Source of the DNA: Candidatus Taylorbacteria bacterium RIFCSPHIGHO2_12_FULL_45_16
GTDB lineage: Bacteria; Patescibacteriota; Minisyncoccia; Phycocordibacterales; PALSA-1337
Assembly (NCBI GenBank): GCA_001821055.1
Contig: MHRT01000005.1
Span: 43,533-107,532, forward strand
Reading direction: 5' to 3'
DNA: 64,000 nt
Positions 8,529-17,466 of this stretch are shown here, piece by piece. The first letter of the stretch is position 1; each line of letters opens with the position of its first letter. Made by a program: the position numbers and the translations under genes. The notes below the pieces were generated by a model. The model was not told where the DNA came from. It ran no database searches and saw only the letters and a program-made list of their open reading frames with translations.

Positions 8529-9560
8529 ATGAACAATGAAATTTCAGATCTTCGCGGATGTCTTTCGCAACTGAAGACTCTTCAAGGTCGAAGGCGGTAT
8601 TCTGAATCCGAAGAGGAGGCTACTCATTCGACGATGTTTGTCACCAAGAAAGAGGATGAATTTCTCGTTGACGAGATCAGGATTCTCTGCTCAAAGGCAT
8701 ATCGTCGGTTGACGGGAAAGACGCAAGTAACATGTCTGCCTCGAAATCCGCATATCCGCAACCGCCTTACCCATACCATGGAGGTTGTCGCATGCAGTGT
8801 GAACGTATCGGAAATGCTTGGCCTCAATACGAATCTAGTTCGAGCGATTGCTCTTGGGCACGATCTCGGACATGCTCCATTCGGTCATCCTGGAGAGGCA
8901 TACTTGGCGGAACGGACTGGAAAACCTTACACTCACGAGATCATGGGCGTGGTGCTCGTCCAACATATAGAACGGAGGTGCAAAGGATTGAACCTAACGC
9001 ATGAAGTATTAGATGGCATGATGCGGCATTCCGGAAAAAATGTTTCAGACAGCATGACTCCTGAAGCTTGGGTTGTCAGGTATGCCGATAAGTTCGCCTA
9101 CATTTTTGCTGATTACAACGACTTTATCAGAATGCAATGGAAAGTCGATTCCGAACTAGTTTCGTTGATGAATGACTTTGGCGAAAGCCAACGACAACGT
9201 GTTCTAAAAGTCATATTGGAGCTGGCTCGTGAATCTGCGGTTGAGGGAAAAGTATCATTCGTCAAGTGTGATGTAGCCCAAAAATTCAATCGTCTGCGAG
9301 AGCTCATGTATCATGAGTACCCGAAGGTCACATTGCAGAATCCACACAGGGCTCTTGATCCGATCTATGACTTCGTGGACAGATTGAAAATTGGGGATCC
9401 ACTTCTTATCATCAGTTTGATGACGGATCAGGATGTGAACTATCTATTGCAGCAGTACGCGCTCAATTTTGATCATATCCGTTCTACAGCAGTGGGGGAA
9501 CTTATTGAAGTTATCAAGGACAAGAAAATCGATTGCTGTGATCCGGATTTGGACTGGTAG
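8529..9560 (+). CDS. HD-domain phosphohydrolase, dGTP triphosphohydrolase-like
   Basis: HTMEV...GHDLGHAPFGH HD motif and a D...D motif further downstream. AGGA sequence 8 nt upstream of the ATG. Confidence 0.7.
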   Translation: MNNEISDLRGCLSQLKTLQGRRRYSESEEEATHSTMFVTKKEDEFLVDEIRILCSKAYRRLTGKTQVTCLPRNPHIRNRLTHTMEVVACSVNVSEMLGLNTNLVRAIALGHDLGHAPFGHPGEAYLAERTGKPYTHEIMGVVLVQHIERRCKGLNLTHEVLDGMMRHSGKNVSDSMTPEAWVVRYADKFAYIFADYNDFIRMQWKVDSELVSLMNDFGESQRQRVLKVILELARESAVEGKVSFVKCDVAQKFNRLRELMYHEYPKVTLQNPHRALDPIYDFVDRLKIGDPLLIISLMTDQDVNYLLQQYALNFDHIRSTAVGELIEVIKDKKIDCCDPDLDW

Positions 9561-9578
9561 GGCAAGGACAAAACAAAA

Positions 9579-9608
9579 GGGGCCGAAGTGATTCGGTCCC
9601 GATTTTTT
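9579..9608. terminator. Bidirectional intrinsic terminator between the convergent HD gene and ftsZ
   Basis: GGCCGAAGTGATTCGGTCC hairpin followed by GATTTTTTTATT. Confidence 0.5.
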
Positions 9609-9630
9609 TATTACAGTTATTTATTCCAAC

Positions 9631-10830
9631 CTACTTTAACCTACTCCTCCTCAAAAACGCCGGTATCGCGCCCCAATCATCATCGTCATCCTTTTTCTCT
9701 TCTTTTTTGGCTTCAATTTTTTCGGCGGGACTGGTGTCACGCTTTACATCCGACATTGAATTGAAAATCTTACCGCGTTCTGGACGATCGCCTTTTTCGG
9801 CGACATTTTTCATTATGGAAGCAATGGTTGGTTCGGCTGAAACAGGCGATGAGGAGCGAGCGCCGGCGGTATTGCTTTCTGGAAAACCTGTGGCAATAAC
9901 CGTGATCTTGATCTCGTTTTTCTTGAGTTTATCGTCGCGAACCGTACCAAAGATGATTTTCGCTTCGGGGTCAATAGACTCGGTGATAACCTTGGCGGCA
10001 TCCTGTATTTCAAACATGGTTAGGTCTTCACCACCAGCAATCGAGAACAAGACGCCCTTGGAACCGGTGATGGAAACATCCAAAAGTGGACTGTTGATGG
10101 CCGCCTTGGCGGCCTCAATCGCGCGGTTTTCACCGGAAGCCGAACCGATGCCCATAAGGGCCGAACCGGCATTTTCCATGACGGTGCGGATGTCAGCGAA
10201 GTCAATATTGATGAGTCCTGGCGTGGTGATAAGATCCGAAATGCCTTCAACGGCTTGGCGCAGTATTTCGTCGCACATGGCGAAGGCGTTTTTGACCGTG
10301 GTCTCTTTGCTGATGGCTGAAAGAAGCCGGTCGTTCGGTATGACGATGATGGCGTCTACCTCTTTGCGCAACTCTTCAAGAGCTGCTTCGGCGATACGTG
10401 ACCGCTGGCGTCCTTCAAAGAAAAATGGCTTGGTAATCACGGCCACGGTCAGACAGCCGAGTTCTTTGGCGACTCGAGCTACCATTGGCGCCGCGCCGCT
10501 GCATGTGCCGCCGCCGAGTCCGCCGGCGACGAAGACCATGTCCGCGCCCTTGACGATTTCTTGGATTTCATCGCGGGTTTCTTCAACCGCGCGTTTGCCG
10601 AGCTCCGGATTCATGCCCGTGCCCAATCCTCGGGTGATGTTTTTGCCGATGTGAACTCGTTTTTTGGCCAAAGAACGATGTAGATCTTGGGAGTCGGTGT
10701 TAATTGCGATAAAATCAACGCCTCGGACTTTACTTATAATCATGTGATTGACGGCGTTACCGCCGGAACCACCGACGCCAAGGACTTTGATGCGAGCGAA
10801 TGCTTCGATGTCGGGAGTGATGTTGGGCAT
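9631..10830 (-). CDS. ftsZ: Cell division GTPase FtsZ
   Basis: GGGTGSG tubulin signature (GLGGGTCSGAAPMVA). N-terminal VLGVGGSGGNAVNHM. Acidic C-terminal tail. Confidence 0.95.
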   Translation of the reverse strand: MPNITPDIEAFARIKVLGVGGSGGNAVNHMIISKVRGVDFIAINTDSQDLHRSLAKKRVHIGKNITRGLGTGMNPELGKRAVEETRDEIQEIVKGADMVFVAGGLGGGTCSGAAPMVARVAKELGCLTVAVITKPFFFEGRQRSRIAEAALEELRKEVDAIIVIPNDRLLSAISKETTVKNAFAMCDEILRQAVEGISDLITTPGLINIDFADIRTVMENAGSALMGIGSASGENRAIEAAKAAINSPLLDVSITGSKGVLFSIAGGEDLTMFEIQDAAKVITESIDPEAKIIFGTVRDDKLKKNEIKITVIATGFPESNTAGARSSSPVSAEPTIASIMKNVAEKGDRPERGKIFNSMSDVKRDTSPAEKIEAKKEEKKDDDDDWGAIPAFLRRSRLK

Positions 10831-10976
10831 GGATATAGTTTACGATGAAAGATTAAAAATGAAAAGTGGCTTGTTGGCCACCGGGTATGTTCAAATGGGA
10901 ATGTTCAGACTAACAGTATCATGATAGCAAGTAATGAAAATGGCGCAAGTGTCAGCTTGATTTCAATATAATTATT

Positions 10977-12158
10977 TTAGGGCAAAAACTGTTTGATTGT
11001 TCGGTTCAGCTTTTTCCAGAGATTTTTGAAAAAATCGGCGGTAATGTCTATTTCAGGACTTTCATCGGTATGGACACCCCAAATGCAAAGACCGTATGCG
11101 ACGGAAATAGGATTGTCTTTGAATGAAGACTTGCCGTCAATGAGACCCATGGAGCCGATGCGCGAAGGCAGCTTCAATGCGGCTTTGGCCAAATCATCAA
11201 TAGAGTTTAACGTGGAGCCGCCGCCGGTGATGATGATGCCCGCCGGCAGAAGGCCGTTTCTCCCCATTTTTTTTAAGTGAGCTTCGATGAGCTCGAAAAT
11301 ATCATACAATCGCGCGCTTATGATTTCTTCCAATTTTTTACGCGGATATGACGCTCCGGTGATGGCGCCTATTTTGATCTGTTCGGCTTCTTCAAGTGGA
11401 ATCTTCAGGCCAAGGGCGATATCATTGGTAATATCTGTTGAACCGATCGGAAACACTTCAAGCGACGCGGGAATATTATTTTCAAACACGGCGATGGAAA
11501 CGGTCTCGGCGCCAATATTCGCGAGGATACAGCCGGCGATTTTTTGCGCTTTGGTCAAAGTGACGAATCCCGCCGCAATCGGCGCAGCCATGATATCTTC
11601 AACCTCAATGCCGGCTTCATTGACCGCGGCGATAAGGTCGGCGACATGATGTTCAAGGCAAGTGATATAGAGAGTCTTTTGCTCTATTTTATTGGCGGTC
11701 ATGCCCAAAGGTGCTCCCAGAGAAGGAAAATTGTCTATTTTATACTGTACCGGTATCTCATAAATGATACGGCGATTGGCTTTGGCACTTTGCGGCAAAT
11801 CTTTTTCGCACTGTTCGCGAAGCTTGACTAAATCAATCTCGGTAATCTCCGCGTCGGCGCGCGAAGTAATGATGGAACTAGTCACGGCGGTGGCGTTCAG
11901 CCCAATGCCACCGACGCCGACAAAGGCCTTTTTTATCTTCACCCCAGCTTTTTCTTCGGCCACGGCGACCGCGCCGCGGATACTATCTGCGACATCACGC
12001 ACATTGGTGACATAACCGTGTCGAACGCCACGGGAGTCAGCTACGCCAACGCCAATGATTTTAGGCAGACCTCGCTCGGTCTTTTCTTTGGTACTGGCAA
12101 TGACCACTTTGACATGATAAGTGCCGATGTCAATTCCGGTGATGATGTTGCGTGACAT
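10977..12158 (-). CDS. ftsA: Cell division protein FtsA (actin-like ATPase)
   Basis: N-terminus IITGIDIGTYHVKVVI. Actin-fold phosphate motifs. Located immediately upstream of ftsZ. Confidence 0.9.
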   Translation of the reverse strand: MSRNIITGIDIGTYHVKVVIASTKEKTERGLPKIIGVGVADSRGVRHGYVTNVRDVADSIRGAVAVAEEKAGVKIKKAFVGVGGIGLNATAVTSSIITSRADAEITEIDLVKLREQCEKDLPQSAKANRRIIYEIPVQYKIDNFPSLGAPLGMTANKIEQKTLYITCLEHHVADLIAAVNEAGIEVEDIMAAPIAAGFVTLTKAQKIAGCILANIGAETVSIAVFENNIPASLEVFPIGSTDITNDIALGLKIPLEEAEQIKIGAITGASYPRKKLEEIISARLYDIFELIEAHLKKMGRNGLLPAGIIITGGGSTLNSIDDLAKAALKLPSRIGSMGLIDGKSSFKDNPISVAYGLCIWGVHTDESPEIDITADFFKNLWKKLNRTIKQFLP

Positions 12159-12239
12159 TGGGGTAAATAACCAATATTCGATCTTTCAATAACTAAAGAA
12201 GCAACTTACGGTTATTGTATCTTGGTTATTGGGACTTAA

Positions 12240-12665
12240 TTAGATCCCAAACTTCTTTCGAATTTTGGTCTCCACATCCTCCATTATAGACCCATGGTCG
12301 TATCCTTTCAAATGGGTACAACCGTGAATAAAGAGAAAAGTCAGAAAATCAGGGTAAGTTCGTTCAAATTTTTTTGCTTCGGCGCGCGTTTCTTTTTCTG
12401 AAATGTAAATTTCTCCTTCAATATTGGAAATAGGGAAGCTCAAAATATCAGTGGCGTATTCTTTGTCACGGTAAATCGTGTTGAGTTTCTTGATCTTGGC
12501 GGAAGTGGTAAAAATCAGATTCAGGGAATAGTTGACACCGAGAGAAGCTTCCTTGATTTGCTTAAAAGGAATTGAGAACAGTCCGGAATCTGTTTCATTG
12601 ATGATGGTGAATGGCATATAATTTGGGATTAAGGATTCAGGGTTCAAGAAAAAACGCATATTCAC
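12240..12665 (-). CDS. ybeY: rRNA maturation endoribonuclease YbeY
   Basis: HGCTHLKGYDH zinc-binding motif (H..H.....H). Confidence 0.85.
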   Translation of the reverse strand: MNMRFFLNPESLIPNYMPFTIINETDSGLFSIPFKQIKEASLGVNYSLNLIFTTSAKIKKLNTIYRDKEYATDILSFPISNIEGEIYISEKETRAEAKKFERTYPDFLTFLFIHGCTHLKGYDHGSIMEDVETKIRKKFGI

Positions 12666-12712
12666 TTGCGTCTTGCGCTTATTCCTGATTCACGAATCTT
12701 GAATCATGTCTC

Positions 12713-12961
12713 TTACTTACGGCCGCCACGTTCTGGCTTGATTTGAGCTTTGCCTTGTTTGACGAGTTCGGCGAGATCGGTCCGGCGTTTTATAAGTTTG
12801 AGGGTGCGTTGTTTGACCTTGTAAGAAGACTGGACGCGCGTGGCAAAACGAAGTTCCCGTTTGCGTTGAATAATACCAGAGCCTTGGACTTTTCGCGTAA
12901 AGCGCCTGATAACGCCCATGGCGTTCTCGTTCGGATTGCGGGTTACTTCTGCGTTTATCAT
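12713..12961 (-). CDS. rpsU: 30S ribosomal protein S21
   Basis: Small basic protein. AEVTRNPNENAMGVIRRFTRK matches the S21 N-terminal pattern. Lies upstream of ybeY. Confidence 0.65.
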   Translation of the reverse strand: MINAEVTRNPNENAMGVIRRFTRKVQGSGIIQRKRELRFATRVQSSYKVKQRTLKLIKRRTDLAELVKQGKAQIKPERGGRK

Positions 12962-13074
12962 AGGTAAGAGATTGTAACATAAGCAGAATAATGAGGCAAG
13001 AAGCTCCTGATGATAGTTTCAACTATCTAAAAGGTTGCATATGAATTCTTTCCAGATTATGCTACTTTATCTCC

Positions 13075-13983
13075 ATGAAACCCAATACCTCATGGGGCGG
13101 AGTTGTCGAATGGTACAACGATCTTTTGGAGCAAGATTCGAACTCATTTCAGAAGAATGTCTTAATGCCCAACTTAATCCGGATAGTTGGGCCAAAAACA
13201 GGCATGAATCTGCTTGATGTCGCTTGTGGTCAGGGATATTTTTCGCGTGCTTTCGCGGCCAATGGGGCGACTGTCATCGGCTGTGACATTTCCCAAGAAT
13301 TGATTGGTAAGGCTCGCGGATTCAAAGATCCAAGAGATGAGGATAAGTCAATGCCGTCAGTTGATTTTTCTAAAAAAGATTTTCAAAAAAGTGGGGCAGG
13401 AAAAGTTGGACCAGTTGTGACCTATAATGTCTCTCCGGCTGACAGACTCTCATTTGCTACCGATTCTTCATTTGACGTGGTGACGATCGTTCTAGCTCTG
13501 CAAAATATTGAAAATCTAGCCGGGACTTTGACCGAATCAGCTCGAGTCCTCAAAAATGGTGGGCGATTGGTTATCGTCGTGAATCATCCCGCATTTCGAA
13601 TTCCGCAAAGATCTGATTGGGGCTGGGATGAAATCAAAAAAAGAAAAGTGGAAATTGCGGGAAAGAAAGAATGGGAAAAGATTGTTGGACCAATTCCCGA
13701 ACAGGTAATGTATCGCCGGCTTGACGGCTATATGTCTGACAGTCGGGTTGAAATAGACATGACGCCGGGAGAAAAAATTACCGCCAAAAAGAAGTTCACG
13801 ATTTCATTCCACCGCCCATTGCAATCATATTTCAAAGCCTTGAGTAAAGCGGGGTTTGCGGTGACACGTCTTGAAGAATGGGTTTCGCACAAAAATAGTC
13901 AAACTGGACCGCGGGCAACCGAAGAAGATCGGATGAGGAAGGAAATCCCGATGTTTTTATGTTTGGAAACCGTGAAATTGTAG
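13075..13983 (+). CDS. Class I SAM-dependent methyltransferase
   Basis: Motif I LLDVACGQGYFS, followed by VIGCDIS and LKNGGRLVIV. Confidence 0.7.
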   Translation: MKPNTSWGGVVEWYNDLLEQDSNSFQKNVLMPNLIRIVGPKTGMNLLDVACGQGYFSRAFAANGATVIGCDISQELIGKARGFKDPRDEDKSMPSVDFSKKDFQKSGAGKVGPVVTYNVSPADRLSFATDSSFDVVTIVLALQNIENLAGTLTESARVLKNGGRLVIVVNHPAFRIPQRSDWGWDEIKKRKVEIAGKKEWEKIVGPIPEQVMYRRLDGYMSDSRVEIDMTPGEKITAKKKFTISFHRPLQSYFKALSKAGFAVTRLEEWVSHKNSQTGPRATEEDRMRKEIPMFLCLETVKL

Positions 13984-14007
13984 ACAATCCAAACCTTATT
14001 TTGTTTT

Positions 14008-15369
14008 TTATTTCGTATCTCTGATTGTCAGTGCAGGATACAGTCCAATCAATGAGACGATGCCTATAATCACGAACAAATATTCGTGTGAAGTGAACAA
14101 AAGTCCAACGCCGGTTATTAACGGAGCAATGAAATAAGCCACCGGCCGAGTGACTCGGAATGAACCGAGTACGGCCGAATCTTTGGCGGACACGGTTTTG
14201 AAGAAATAAGTCTCGATCATGATTTCGGCCGCCGCCGCTCCGACACGGGTCATGAACAGGGCGAAAGCCCAGAACATCAGACTTTTTATATCGATGAAGG
14301 CCAGAGCGATCGTGGCTAGACCCATCACTGCAAAACCAATGGCCATGATTTCCTTTTCTCCATATCTTTTGTCAGCCAATTTGCCCAGCGGATATTGGAT
14401 GAGAGGAAATGGTATAAGCATGATTGTGAGGATGACGGCTATCTCTTCCCATCCAAAGCCGATAGTCTTGTTTAGATAGATGGGGCTGTAGACGACCATC
14501 CAGGCGTAGAAAGTCTGGAGGATGACATTGGCGAAAAATAATTTTACCCAGTTTTTGTCCGAAGAAATATGACGGATGAGATGCCATGGCGAAAGGTGGG
14601 TATAATTTGGATCTTTGAAGCGTGGAAAGTTTTTGTGAATGAGATAGAGCAGTGGAAAAAGCATGGCCAGAGCCGCCACATAGGTATCACGGTAGTTTTC
14701 GGCGCCGTTTATGAGCATACTGCCCAGCAATGGACCGATCAACCATGAAGCATTCAAAGTCGTCGTGTACAATCCACGGACAGACCCAACATTCCGACTA
14801 TCAGTGTAATTTTCAAGGAAGATGTCTAGTCCGAGGCCGATCAAAGCGATGACCGCAGACTGCAGGATAAACACGGTGGCAATAGTTGTTGCCGAAGTTG
14901 AAGTTATCAGAAAATAAAATAGGACTATCTGGACGCAAATCAAACAGACGGTCGTGGCGTAATTTCCGAAACGGCGAATGATAGAGGGTGCGATCAAATA
15001 TCCCAAAATCCCGACGGCTGCACTCAACATGTAAATTATTCCAAGGGTGTTTTCATCGGCGAACAATGACAAGAAGCTGGAGTTTGAGTACATCGGCAAT
15101 ACCATATGCAAGGTATAGATGAAACCGATGACGGCAATAGTATAAATGGCGTGGCTTCGCGTGACTGTATTTGACATATTTTGGATAATTATAACACGGT
15201 TAGCCGTAGCATAACTTTCCGAAATGTGGATTCGGGTACACGGATATTTTCCTGCCGAAAGATTCCTATGCTCGCTACCTTCGCGGCTCCACAATGTATC
15301 TTCACCAACATATCGGAAGGCTATGCTTTCCTTGCGGGAATCATCTATATATGTTAGATTATCGTTCAT
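14008..15369 (-). CDS. MFS-type transporter (about 12 TM)
   Basis: Twelve hydrophobic segments in two halves. Start codon overlaps the rpmE start on the opposite strand. Confidence 0.7.
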   Translation of the reverse strand: MNDNLTYIDDSRKESIAFRYVGEDTLWSREGSEHRNLSAGKYPCTRIHISESYATANRVIIIQNMSNTVTRSHAIYTIAVIGFIYTLHMVLPMYSNSSFLSLFADENTLGIIYMLSAAVGILGYLIAPSIIRRFGNYATTVCLICVQIVLFYFLITSTSATTIATVFILQSAVIALIGLGLDIFLENYTDSRNVGSVRGLYTTTLNASWLIGPLLGSMLINGAENYRDTYVAALAMLFPLLYLIHKNFPRFKDPNYTHLSPWHLIRHISSDKNWVKLFFANVILQTFYAWMVVYSPIYLNKTIGFGWEEIAVILTIMLIPFPLIQYPLGKLADKRYGEKEIMAIGFAVMGLATIALAFIDIKSLMFWAFALFMTRVGAAAAEIMIETYFFKTVSAKDSAVLGSFRVTRPVAYFIAPLITGVGLLFTSHEYLFVIIGIVSLIGLYPALTIRDTK

Positions 15370-15628
15370 GAAAAAAGATATTCATCCAACCAATTACCGC
15401 CAGGTCATTTTTGCTGACAATTCTAGTGGAGCAAAGTTTCTGATATCTTCGACCGTCATCACCAAGGAAAACGCTAAGTGGACGGATGGCAATGAGTACC
15501 CGATTTATTATCTGGAGATTTCCAGCGCTTCGCATCCTTTCTATACAAATCAGGAAAAAACTATTGATACTGCCGGCCGTGTGGAGAAATTCAAGACTCG
15601 CCAAGCCAAGGCAAAGGCCAAGAATTAG
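15368..15628 (+). CDS. rpmE: 50S ribosomal protein L31 (type B, no Zn ribbon)
   Basis: MKKDIHP...HPFYTNQEK...GRVEKF with a basic tail. Start at an internal ATG of the longer ORF. Confidence 0.8.
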   Translation: MKKDIHPTNYRQVIFADNSSGAKFLISSTVITKENAKWTDGNEYPIYYLEISSASHPFYTNQEKTIDTAGRVEKFKTRQAKAKAKN

Positions 15629-15719
15629 GAATTAAGAATTGTGAATTATGAAGCGGGCACTGTTTCTTCAGTGTGGAGCCAGTTCTTTTGTGTTATTCTT
15701 AATTCACAATTCTTAATTC
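15629..15719 (+). promoter_or_regulatory. Perfect 19 bp inverted repeat (GAATTAAGAATTGTGAATT ... AATTCACAATTCTTAATTC) enclosing a structured loop of about 53 nt, between rpmE and prfA
   Basis: Arms at 15629-15647 and 15701-15719. The loop contains a nested GCACTG/CAGTG hairpin and is followed by a T-rich tract. Confidence 0.45.
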
Positions 15720-15735
15720 TTCTTATTCACTATCC

Positions 15736-16737
15736 ATGAATCTAGATACCTACAAATCAAATCCGAAAACTGCTTTCATAGCCGGTCTCTATGAAAAATT
15801 GATCAGAGAGGAGGCCGAGGTTCGCGGAATGATTGAGTCTGACCCAGCACTCAAAGAAATGGCCGAACATGAACTCTCCTCTATAATCGAGCAGAAAAAG
15901 TCATTGGAAACGGAGATGGCGGCTATTGTCGCGACCGATTTTGTTGAAGAAGAGAAGCCAAAGGAAATGCTTTTAGAAATCCGAGCCGGAGCCGGTGGCG
16001 ATGAAGCGGCACTGTTTGCGGCGGAGCTTATGGATATGTACAAGAGATACGGCGAGAGCAAGGGTTGGACGACAAAAATCATTGATGAGTCAAAAAATGA
16101 TTTAGGTGGCTACAAGGAAGCGTCACTTGAATTCAAAGGTAAAGATGCCTTCGAAACTTTACGCTGGGAAACCGGCGTACATCGTGTCCAGCGCGTACCG
16201 GAGACGGAAAAAATGGGTCGGGTGCATACTTCAACGGTGACGGTGGCCATCATGCCTATCAGGAAGAAGTCCAAGTTTATTATCAACCCAGCCGATCTGG
16301 AAATGGAATTTTCGCGCGCCGGTGGCAAGGGCGGGCAGAACGTCAACAAGGTCGAATCAGCGGTTCGGTTGATCCATAAGCCGACTGGTATAGATGTTCG
16401 TTCGACTGCCGAGCGTTCTCAGGGTGCCAATCGTGAATTGGCTTTACAAATTTTGACCGCAAAGCTGGAAGCGCTCAAAGAAGAAGAGGATTCCAAAAAG
16501 TTCTCGGCCGATCGCAAAGGTCAAATCGGCACAGGCAGTCGTTCGGAAAAGATCAGAACTTACAATTTTCCCCAAGATCGCGTGACCGATCACCGGATAA
16601 AACAGTCCTGGCATAATTTGCCAGCTATTTTGGCGGGGAAATTTGACCAGATTATCAACGCCTTGAAGGAGTTTGAGAAGGCGGGCACCCCCTCCGAAAC
16701 TTTAGTGAAAAAGGACGAAGTTGAGAATGAAGAGTAA
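15736..16737 (+). CDS. prfA: Peptide chain release factor 1
   Basis: GGQ motif ([17 protein letters not shown]). RVQRVPETE (a PxT-type motif) indicates RF1 rather than RF2. Confidence 0.9.
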   Translation: MNLDTYKSNPKTAFIAGLYEKLIREEAEVRGMIESDPALKEMAEHELSSIIEQKKSLETEMAAIVATDFVEEEKPKEMLLEIRAGAGGDEAALFAAELMDMYKRYGESKGWTTKIIDESKNDLGGYKEASLEFKGKDAFETLRWETGVHRVQRVPETEKMGRVHTSTVTVAIMPIRKKSKFIINPADLEMEFSRAGGKGGQNVNKVESAVRLIHKPTGIDVRSTAERSQGANRELALQILTAKLEALKEEEDSKKFSADRKGQIGTGSRSEKIRTYNFPQDRVTDHRIKQSWHNLPAILAGKFDQIINALKEFEKAGTPSETLVKKDEVENEE

Positions 16738-16740
16738 TGG

Positions 16741-16815
16741 TGGTGCCCTCGGTCAGAATCGAACTGACATCTATTCCTTAGGACGGAACTGTTCTATCCA
16801 TTGAACTACGAGGGC
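16741..16815 (-). tRNA. tRNA-Arg (anticodon CCT), with CCA encoded
   Basis: Reverse complement: acceptor GCCCTCG/CGAGGGC, anticodon stem GTTCC/GGAAT with loop GTCCTAA, T-loop GTTCGATTC, terminal ACCA. Confidence 0.8.
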
Positions 16816-16946
16816 GGGATTGGTTAAAAGTGTAAAGTCGTTAGGCCACTACTTCTGCACTTTTAACTTTACACTATTTCATTTACTATCGCCATCAAAA
16901 TTACGGTCGCTTTGCATGGCCCATTATTTTCTGCTAAAGTACTCTC

Positions 16947-17234
16947 ATGACCCCAGAAGAACGTTCTTTATTGGAGCGGACGCACAAGCTCACCGAGGAA
17001 AATAATGAAATACTTCGTTCGATCCGTCGAACCAATCGTTTTTCAATGGCCTTGCGTGTCCTTTATTGGGTCATCATTTTGATCGTCAGCTTTGGCGCGT
17101 ACTATCTCATACAGCCCTATGTCGAAAGCCTGATCGGGGCTTATGGAGATATCCAAGGTAGCTTGAATGGAATTCAAGGTAATATAAATGCTACCCAAAG
17201 CGCCGCCGATTCCTTGAGAAGTTTGTTACAGTAG
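16947..17234 (+). CDS. Hypothetical small membrane protein (one TM)
   Basis: ORF lies between two tRNAs. One hydrophobic helix. Confidence 0.35.
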   Translation: MTPEERSLLERTHKLTEENNEILRSIRRTNRFSMALRVLYWVIILIVSFGAYYLIQPYVESLIGAYGDIQGSLNGIQGNINATQSAADSLRSLLQ

Positions 17235-17269
17235 TTCTTGTTGAGAGTTAAATTAATTGAAATAAATTT

Positions 17270-17342
17270 GCCAAGGTAGCTCAGTTGGTAGAGCAAACGC
17301 CTGAAGAGCGTTGGGTCCCCGGTTCGATCCCGGGCCTTGGCA
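17270..17342 (+). tRNA. tRNA-Phe (anticodon GAA)
   Basis: GCCAAGGTAGCTCAGTTGGTAGAGC..., anticodon stem AACGC/GCGTT with loop CTGAAGA, T-loop GGTTCGATCC. Confidence 0.9.
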
Positions 17343-17466
17343 CCCACGAAACACATGCGAAATCGTACAATTTCACCCACGAAACATGTTCGAATTTTTT
17401 ATAGATAATAATCTACCTGGTATGTAGTCGCCTTTTTCTTTTGTCAAAATCAACTATAATGAGCAT

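Noticed and set aside
9707-10654. 315 aa plus-strand ORF inside ftsZ. There are similar long antisense ORFs inside ftsA, trxB and the helicase gene.
   Set aside because: They lie entirely within strongly supported conserved genes on the opposite strand. They are Ser/Ala/Arg-rich, which is typical of antisense readings.
16741-16815. Possible alternative genetic code (UGA recoding), considered because only RF1 was seen in the window
   Set aside because: TGA serves as the in-frame stop for several well-conserved genes here (for example rpoD ends TAG, others TAA, and ORFs terminate cleanly). RF2 could simply lie outside the window. Nothing supports recoding.
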